A stretch of DNA of 64,000 nucleotides from an uncultured Fibrobacterota bacterium (GTDB lineage Bacteria; Fibrobacterota; Chitinivibrionia; Chitinivibrionales; FEN-1185). A program made the translations under genes and the position numbers. This document shows, one piece after another, positions 57,692 through 64,000 of the stretch; positions within the stretch are counted from its first letter, which is position 1, and each line of letters starts with the position of its first letter. Under the pieces are notes generated by a model. That model was not told where the DNA came from. It did no database searches and saw only the letters and a program-made list of their open reading frames with translations. Location of the stretch: contig CAVWBU010000024.1 of the NCBI GenBank assembly GCA_963753345.1, forward strand, positions 1-64,000. Reading direction: 5' to 3'.

Positions 57692-58033
57692 ATGCGAGAC
57701 ATCTTTTCGTACACGAATTTCAGGCGCTATCTCAAGGACTACTACCGGGAGCAGAAAAGGGTGAACCCCGAGTTTTCCCACCGGTGGTTTGTGAGGAAGC
57801 TCGGCCTCTCAACGTCCAACTACGTGCTGTCGATCATGGAGGGAAGGCGGAACCTGCCGCAGGACATTTCGCTCAGGTTCTCCGCCCACATGGGGCTCAA
57901 GAAGAAGGAAACGCTCTACTTCGAGTATATGGTGGCCTTCCTGCAATCAAAGACCGCCTTTGAAAGGAAGGAATACTGGTCCCGCATGGCGGGCCTCAAC
58001 CCGAAGCTCAGGAAAAGAAAGAGAAAACGTTAG
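57692..58033 (+). CDS. TIGR02147-like protein, N-terminal HTH region only
   Basis: IFSY.NFR.YLKDYY..K..NP.FS.R.F..KLG...GRRNL...YFE.MV.F. Confidence 0.7.
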   Translation: MRDIFSYTNFRRYLKDYYREQKRVNPEFSHRWFVRKLGLSTSNYVLSIMEGRRNLPQDISLRFSAHMGLKKKETLYFEYMVAFLQSKTAFERKEYWSRMAGLNPKLRKRKRKR

Positions 58034-58083
58034 ATCCTGGTTCTGCGACCGCACCGCAGACCTTTGCAAACACGACCGGAAAT

Positions 58084-58122
58084 AAAAACGCCGGAGCGCT
58101 TGAGAGCGCTCCGGCGTTTTTT
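58084..58122. terminator. Bidirectional intrinsic terminator
   Basis: AAAAACGCCGGAGCGCT-TGAG-AGCGCTCCGGCGTTTTTT between convergent genes. Confidence 0.85.
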
Positions 58123-58142
58123 GTTCTTCTCGCGCAAAGGTT

Positions 58143-60941
58143 CTATTTCTTGGGAGACGGCGGCTGGGCGAACCCGGGTGCCGCTGCCGAAGGCTGCCTG
58201 GGTTGCTGCTGCGCGGCATAGGCCATCATCTGCTGCCTGAACTGTTCGGCCCGCTTGTCGCCCGGATGCGATTCCTCAAACGAGGTTATCACGGCGATGG
58301 CGCTGTCGAACTGCCTCATCTCGAGATAGTTCTTGGCAAGACTTTCGAATCCCGCGTAGTAGTTGGGGTCCTGCCTGATGAGTTCCTTGAGCGCGGGGAT
58401 CGCGTCCTTGCTCTTGCCCTGCATTTCCAACGCCTGCGACAGCATGCGCATGTACTCGGGGTTTTGCGGGTCGGAGGCGATGGCGTCGCGCGCTGCTTTT
58501 TCCGCTTCCGCGTATCTTCCGTGGTTGACGTAGAATTCCTGGAGCAGGGCGCGCGGCCGCCAGTCCCACGGAACGTGGGCGATGCACTTCTGGAGTTCCG
58601 CGGTAACGAGGTCCAGCTTGCTCTGGTAGTCCTTCTGCTGCGCGACAAACGCCGCCTTCTTCGCCTCTGCGTCGGGCAGCTTCTTCACCGAAGCGGCTGC
58701 GATCTGGGTCTGCAGGCTGTCGAGCTCGTTCTTCTGGTCGAGCAGCGGTTTCCTGAGCGACAGCGCGAGCTCCACGTAGCAGGCGGTGTAATTCGCCTCG
58801 AGGCCGCGCGCCGCCTCGTCCACGGGCTCGTCGGTCACCTTGCCGGTGCCGAACCTGTAGACTTTGTCAAGCATGTACGCCGTCTTTTCGATGTTCATGC
58901 GCCTGTCCTGCGGCACCGGCGTCGGGTTGATCCGGTACACCAGGCCTTCCATCTGAAGATAGGGGTCCAGTCCCATGAAGTTGTCTTCCGAGACCGTAAC
59001 CGCGAAATACATGGGCTTGCGCCAGCGGTTGGAATCCACGATGTTGAGCACCATACGGTCCTGCACCCGCATCACCTGCTGCTGCTTCCGGCTGGGAATC
59101 ACCACCTGGATGCCGGCGTTTGACAGGGTGTAGGGGGCCGGCTCGATAAACGGGTTGAGCTCCGCGTTGAGCGCGTCGATCTGGCTGTAGGAGAACGACA
59201 CCGGCACGCGCGGCTCCACGTCCTTGAGCTGTTTGATGTACCAGTCGGTGTTGAGAAGGCTCAGATTGACAATCCGGACGTCCTTCCTGATGCCGTACGC
59301 CTCCTGGACCGCCCACAGCGGGAACGTGTCGTTGTCGCCGTTGGTGATGAGCACCGCGTCCTTGTCGCACGACATGAGAAAATTGTAGGCGGCGTCGTAC
59401 GGAATCCAGTTCATGTGCCTGTCGCGCGGGCCCCAGTTCTGCGTGAGCGGGAGCGCGGGCGACACGAACAGCGCGATCACCGCGAGCGGCGCGACCGTGG
59501 TGCGCAGCAGCTTGTTCTTGTTGGTGAACAGGAACGTGAGAAAGCACCCCGCGGCGATGCCGAGCCACATGCTGTAAAACATGAAACCCGCGTTCCAGAA
59601 GTAGTCGCGGACGCGCACCTCGCGGTGGACATTGGGCACCGGCCCTTCCCTGCCCGCGTGCATCCACGCGAGATAGTCCTGGTGCTCCGGCCTGTTGCCG
59701 TCGGCGAAATTCATGTACCACGTGAGGACGACGGTGGTCATGAGGGTCACGAGAATGAGCATGACGGCGACGTTGCGGTCCTTCCGATAGTAGTAGTACC
59801 ACGCCATCAGCATAAAGGCGGTCGGCAGCAGGTAGATGAGGAGTTTGAGGAACCCGAGCAGGGGGTTTGCCGCCATGAAATTCTTCTGCGTGTCCTTGAG
59901 GCTGAAATGAAAGAACTGCGTGATGTGGAACCCGCCGAAGCCCATGTTGCTTTCGATGCCGAACTGGTTGGAAAGCTTGCCGCGACGCCAGAACGACCGC
60001 GTTACCATGCTCTCCGAACCGTATTGCTTTCTGTCAAGCGTCGAGGAGAACGCCTTCCACGTGACGGGATGGTCTTCGTCGATGATGGGGTTGAGGTTGG
60101 AGCGTATGGGCATGTAGATATGGTTGGAAAACCCGATCACCGCCATGAACGAGAACCAGAAGCAGAACTGCCACTTCGGCTTGTTGCGTCCCTCCATGAA
60201 CATCATGATGAGGGTGATGAGCGTGGCGCAGATACTCACCGCGATGAACCACGACAGGTTGAACATGAACGTGGACATGCATACGCCGATGAGCCACAGC
60301 CGCCAGTCGGTGAGTTTGGATTTGTCGACCATCATGACAAAGAGGAACACCGCCGGAAGCGTGATGCCGGAAATCATGTGCATGCCGACGCCGGAGAACC
60401 CGATATAGGCGATGAGGAGCAGCAGCCGGTCGCGCTTGGGATCCTTGGACTGCGCCCACATGAGCGCAAGCCAGAGCGTGAGCACCACCGGAAGCAGGCA
60501 GAGGTTGCACTGTTCCGAGAACTCAAGCGAGCAGAACCAGAATGTGCTGCTGTAGGCGCACAGGAGCGCGCCGGTCACGCCGGAGCAGTACAGCGTAAGC
60601 CGCTTCCAAAGCGTGTCGGCCTCGCCCACCACATACCACATGACGCGGATGATGATAAGGTAAACGAACATGGCCGTGGCAGCGCTGCCGAACGCCGCGA
60701 GCAGATTGAGGCGGAACCCGGGGTCCTTGAGGAACGAAAACACCATCAGGAAAAATCTGGCAATGGGAATGAGCAAGGGCGTGCCCGGCGGGTGCGGAAT
60801 GCCGAGACAACCGGCCGCCGCAAGATACTCGCCGCAGTCCCAGAGCGCGACCGTGGGGCCTGCGGTGAGGATGTACACGATTGACGAAGCAAGAAACACG
60901 AAAATGGCGAGCGCGACATTGACGTTCTTGTGGGCGAACAT
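58143..60941 (-). CDS. DUF2723 (TMEM260-like, GT-C) membrane glycosyltransferase with C-terminal TPRs
   Basis: PTVALWDCGEY, LGIPHPPGTPL, RVRDYF, TNGDNDTFPLW.VQE, NLSLLNTDWYIKQL; TPR-like tail. Confidence 0.88.
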   Translation of the reverse strand: MFAHKNVNVALAIFVFLASSIVYILTAGPTVALWDCGEYLAAAGCLGIPHPPGTPLLIPIARFFLMVFSFLKDPGFRLNLLAAFGSAATAMFVYLIIIRVMWYVVGEADTLWKRLTLYCSGVTGALLCAYSSTFWFCSLEFSEQCNLCLLPVVLTLWLALMWAQSKDPKRDRLLLLIAYIGFSGVGMHMISGITLPAVFLFVMMVDKSKLTDWRLWLIGVCMSTFMFNLSWFIAVSICATLITLIMMFMEGRNKPKWQFCFWFSFMAVIGFSNHIYMPIRSNLNPIIDEDHPVTWKAFSSTLDRKQYGSESMVTRSFWRRGKLSNQFGIESNMGFGGFHITQFFHFSLKDTQKNFMAANPLLGFLKLLIYLLPTAFMLMAWYYYYRKDRNVAVMLILVTLMTTVVLTWYMNFADGNRPEHQDYLAWMHAGREGPVPNVHREVRVRDYFWNAGFMFYSMWLGIAAGCFLTFLFTNKNKLLRTTVAPLAVIALFVSPALPLTQNWGPRDRHMNWIPYDAAYNFLMSCDKDAVLITNGDNDTFPLWAVQEAYGIRKDVRIVNLSLLNTDWYIKQLKDVEPRVPVSFSYSQIDALNAELNPFIEPAPYTLSNAGIQVVIPSRKQQQVMRVQDRMVLNIVDSNRWRKPMYFAVTVSEDNFMGLDPYLQMEGLVYRINPTPVPQDRRMNIEKTAYMLDKVYRFGTGKVTDEPVDEAARGLEANYTACYVELALSLRKPLLDQKNELDSLQTQIAAASVKKLPDAEAKKAAFVAQQKDYQSKLDLVTAELQKCIAHVPWDWRPRALLQEFYVNHGRYAEAEKAARDAIASDPQNPEYMRMLSQALEMQGKSKDAIPALKELIRQDPNYYAGFESLAKNYLEMRQFDSAIAVITSFEESHPGDKRAEQFRQQMMAYAAQQQPRQPSAAAPGFAQPPSPKK

Positions 60942-61063
60942 AACCCGACCTTTCCCAGTCCGGAAAAATGGCGTGTGAGGGTGAATCAGAAACAATCGGT
61001 TAAAAATACGTATTTCCACGGGGAGAAGGGAATGAGAAGTTGTATCTGTAATTATTACATAAT

Positions 61064-61251
61064 AAGAATATGGGCGTTTCCCTCGCTACGCTCGGGCCGG
61101 TCTCCCTCCGGGCTCGGCCTTCGGCCTCGTTGCCGGATCGCCCTATGCCTATCGGCCGGGTCGACCGGCAATCCCGCTATGGCGGGACCGCTCCGGTCCA
61201 CCTAACGCGCGGCAAGGGGAATCTGTTTTGTCAAGAAGTAATATTTGCGCC
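61064..61251 (-). repeat. Structured repeat family B, copy 4 (inverted)
   Basis: Reverse complement matches copy 2 (TGCCGCGCGTTAGGTGGAC, GACCCGGCCGA.AGGCATAGGGCG.TCCGGCAACGAGG, GCCGAGCCCGGA). Confidence 0.85.
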
Positions 61252-61304
61252 GCAAGGAATTATCATGGATAAGCACATATGAGTCCTTACTTATTAGTCA
61301 TTGA

Positions 61305-63854
61305 ATGAGTATAGTATTTTCATCCAGAATGATACTCGACACCAAATTCTCCTCCTGGTACGAACGTAACCGCCCCTACCTTACCGGACATGGTCTCTGG
61401 CTGGCCGGAAACGAGATCAACACGCTTGACCCATCGGAATACGATGCGCGGCCGAACAGGATCCTTATTGCCCGGCTGTCCACCTACTACGACACCGCCG
61501 AATCGTTCTCGCACAAGGTGCTGTACCAGATCGCGCGCAGGCAGCGCGGCACGTTTCCCGATTTCGCGTTTCTCCCGCCCGTGAACGACGGCCCGATCAT
61601 GCTCTCCGACAACGTGCCGTGGCTTCTTGGCACCTCCACCAAACGCGGGCCGCTCGATTTCAACCTTGTCGCGTTCTCCAATGCCACGCTGCAGGAACTG
61701 GTGAACATCCCGGCGATGCTTGAAAACAGCGGCATGCCGCCGGGCAAGAGCGCGCGGCTTTCGGACGAGAACTTCCCGCTTGTCATTCTCGGCGGATCAA
61801 ACGCGCTGCACGCCACGGTCTTTTTCACGGCCGACCCTCCCGTGGATGGCATTTTTGTGGGCGAGTCCGTGGAGTGCATTTCCCGGATATTCGACATCTG
61901 CGGCCAATCGCGCCGGAAGGGACTTTCCAAGCGGGAAACGCTTTCCCTGCTTGAAGAAGTGCCCGGCTTTGTCCAGCCGGACAAACCAAAGAAGACCTGT
62001 CGCGCGCACGCAGAATCGCCAGCCCTTAATGGGCTTCTCGAAGATGCGCCGGTTTCCAACCTTGCCCATCGGTACGGTGAGGGCAATCTCCAGATTTCGG
62101 AAGGATGCCCGTGCTTCTGCAGCTTCTGCTCCGAAAGCCTCGGCAGGAAACCGTACCGCGAGGTTCCGGCGAGCGACGTCGTCGCGCAGGCCCGTTGCAT
62201 GAAGGCGGGCATGGGCCTTGATAAAGTGGAACTCTACAGCTTCAACTTCAATATGCACTCCGGACTTCGCTCGATTCTGGAAGGCCTGGCGCGCCTGTTT
62301 CCCTCGGTGGGCCTCAAGAGCCAGCGGTTCGACATGCTCGCGGCCGAGCCGGACATGCTCCCGAGCCTGCTCGCCATAGGGAAATCGAGCCTCACCTGCG
62401 GCCTGGAAGGCATTTCCCCGCGGCTGCGTCGGTACCTGCACAAAAGCCTTTCAGAAAACGATCTCACACGCGGGCTTTCGCTTATACTTTTGTCACCGGT
62501 GCGCGAGCTGAAAATTTTCCTGCTCATTACCGGCAAGGAAGAGGAGCCAGACATGGCAGCCTTTGAGGCGCTTCTCGCATTAATCAAGGAGAAGACGGCC
62601 GGGGCCGGCTGCGGTGCTAACGCACGCGTCATTTTCTCAGCCACGCCGCTGGTGCGTTTCCCGTGGACGCCGCTTGAATTCGAGAACGCGCCGACGCCCG
62701 AGGCGCTCCGTCCGATTGCGGCGCGGCTCCACAACACCGTCGAACGCCGCGGCTTTGAATTCCGCATGTCAAGCGACCTGGGCGATTATCACCTGTCGCA
62801 GATGCTGGCGCGCGCCTCGCACCCGCGAACGTACGAGGCCCTACTGTCCGCCATCCACAGGACGGGGTATGTGTATTACCGGTCGGTGCCTGCGTCGTTT
62901 GTCAATGCATTCGTCGAATCGTGCGAAGGTCTCGGGATTTCCCACGAGGCGATGCTCGCCGGCGCCTCGCCCCTCGACACGGCAAAGCCGTGGCTTGCCA
63001 TTGAAACCGGCGTTGACAGGAGCTTTTTGATAGAACAGCACACAAACGCAGTCGCATTTGTCGACAAAGGTTATTGTCTCGGCGCGCCGGGCAGGGAGAG
63101 CGAATGCAGGGGTTGCGGCGCTTGCGAACAGGCTGATTGCAAGGCCATTACGGCCGCGCGCACAAACGCGCCGTTGCGTCCGGCGCAGCTTAAAGAACTT
63201 TCGCAGCAATGGCATAGTTGCGAGGAAATCAGTTTTCTTGTCAATGTGCAGGAACCCTGCCGCGGCCTTCCCCGGCAAAGCGTGGGCATTGCCCTTGCGC
63301 GCGCGCTCATGACCGCCGAACCCGGGCTCGTCGATTTCTACGTAGGATACCGGGGGTCGTTCTGGGCAAAAGGGGACCAGCCGTGCTGGATCACGGGCAA
63401 AGACATCGTGACCCTTTGCTTCCGCAGGCCGGGTGCGGAACTGGTTGAGAAAACCGTATCAACCAAGTCGCGTCTGTCAAAAGTGAACACCGTCTTCGGC
63501 AGGTGGGGCACGCTTGTCGGACCGGTCCGAGACACTTCTGACCAATGGACCCTCTCGATCCGGTCACCCTATGAATTTACGGCAAAGGAATATTTTGCGA
63601 AAAAAGGACTTCCCTATGTTTTGAGGAAGATCGCGGAGGGAAAGTACGTGTTTGATTTTTCCGCCAAGGCGAAAAAGAAAAAACTTGTGAAGTCGCTTGA
63701 GCATGCGGTGACAACAGACGGAGGGGCGGAGCTGCGCATGACAGTGTTTGACAAATTCGACTCTGAGGAGTTTGTCAAAGCGGCGTTTGGGTTCGGGGAT
63801 GAGAGGGAATGGGTAAGGGTGAGGGTGGAGGCGATTGATAAAGTATTCGCCTGA
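61305..63854 (+). CDS. Large radical SAM protein, TIGR03960-like (divergent)
   Basis: QISEGCPCFCSFC; SLTCGLEGISPRLR; extra C-terminal Cys cluster YCLG...ECRGCGAC. Confidence 0.75.
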   Translation: MSIVFSSRMILDTKFSSWYERNRPYLTGHGLWLAGNEINTLDPSEYDARPNRILIARLSTYYDTAESFSHKVLYQIARRQRGTFPDFAFLPPVNDGPIMLSDNVPWLLGTSTKRGPLDFNLVAFSNATLQELVNIPAMLENSGMPPGKSARLSDENFPLVILGGSNALHATVFFTADPPVDGIFVGESVECISRIFDICGQSRRKGLSKRETLSLLEEVPGFVQPDKPKKTCRAHAESPALNGLLEDAPVSNLAHRYGEGNLQISEGCPCFCSFCSESLGRKPYREVPASDVVAQARCMKAGMGLDKVELYSFNFNMHSGLRSILEGLARLFPSVGLKSQRFDMLAAEPDMLPSLLAIGKSSLTCGLEGISPRLRRYLHKSLSENDLTRGLSLILLSPVRELKIFLLITGKEEEPDMAAFEALLALIKEKTAGAGCGANARVIFSATPLVRFPWTPLEFENAPTPEALRPIAARLHNTVERRGFEFRMSSDLGDYHLSQMLARASHPRTYEALLSAIHRTGYVYYRSVPASFVNAFVESCEGLGISHEAMLAGASPLDTAKPWLAIETGVDRSFLIEQHTNAVAFVDKGYCLGAPGRESECRGCGACEQADCKAITAARTNAPLRPAQLKELSQQWHSCEEISFLVNVQEPCRGLPRQSVGIALARALMTAEPGLVDFYVGYRGSFWAKGDQPCWITGKDIVTLCFRRPGAELVEKTVSTKSRLSKVNTVFGRWGTLVGPVRDTSDQWTLSIRSPYEFTAKEYFAKKGLPYVLRKIAEGKYVFDFSAKAKKKKLVKSLEHAVTTDGGAELRMTVFDKFDSEEFVKAAFGFGDEREWVRVRVEAIDKVFA

Positions 63855-63894
63855 CAATCTATTGCTAAAATTAATAAATTAAGAAATCAAAACG

Positions 63895-63974
63895 TCTTTG
63901 GGTGCTTCGCGGGGTGCAGCGTGGTTGGGCCTGTGGCAAGACCGACACACCCGTTGCGCGCACCCTTGGAGCGG
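63895..63974 (+). repeat. Structured repeat family A, divergent partial copy 5
   Basis: TTTGGGTGC..CGC...TGGCAAGACC..CAC..GTTGCGCGCACCCTTGGAGCGG matches the stem and loop motif of copies 1-4; no 5' hairpin. Confidence 0.55.
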
Positions 63975-64000
63975 CAGTTGTAAAGTAACGATGTTGTATC

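Overview
GC-rich bacterial chromosome segment. A TIGR02147-like gene and secreted proteins with C-terminal sorting tails suggest Fibrobacterota/Chitinivibrionia (inference). The housekeeping run pheT-zapB-zapA-rny-ymdB-xseA-xseB-ispA is split between rny and ymdB by a ~14.5 kb island. The island carries a tandem-HNH-like gene, a tyrosine recombinase that lacks the IntI-specific insertion, and a co-oriented downstream array of AT-rich cassettes (PHP-ATPase defence-like pair, DUF4238, SDR, AbiE type IV TA, Bro-N pseudogene, secreted protein, RhuM) separated by attC-like AAC...GTT hairpins, which amounts to an atypical integron-like system. A second highlight is a tightly coupled minus-strand biosynthetic operon: a B12-binding radical SAM domain fused to a ketosynthase plus a catalytically silent KS (CLF-like), a second KS-CLF didomain, an ACP, a GcvT-like protein and a GNAT-like acyltransferase. 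Two dispersed, highly structured intergenic repeat families (A, 5 copies; B, 6 copies; paired A+B at three sites) occur with several REP-type palindromes. The window also has a convergent type II R-M pair, a degenerate AnmK and ordinary metabolic or envelope genes. Several single-base frameshifts look like assembly errors. All protein calls come from motif recognition by eye, not database searches.
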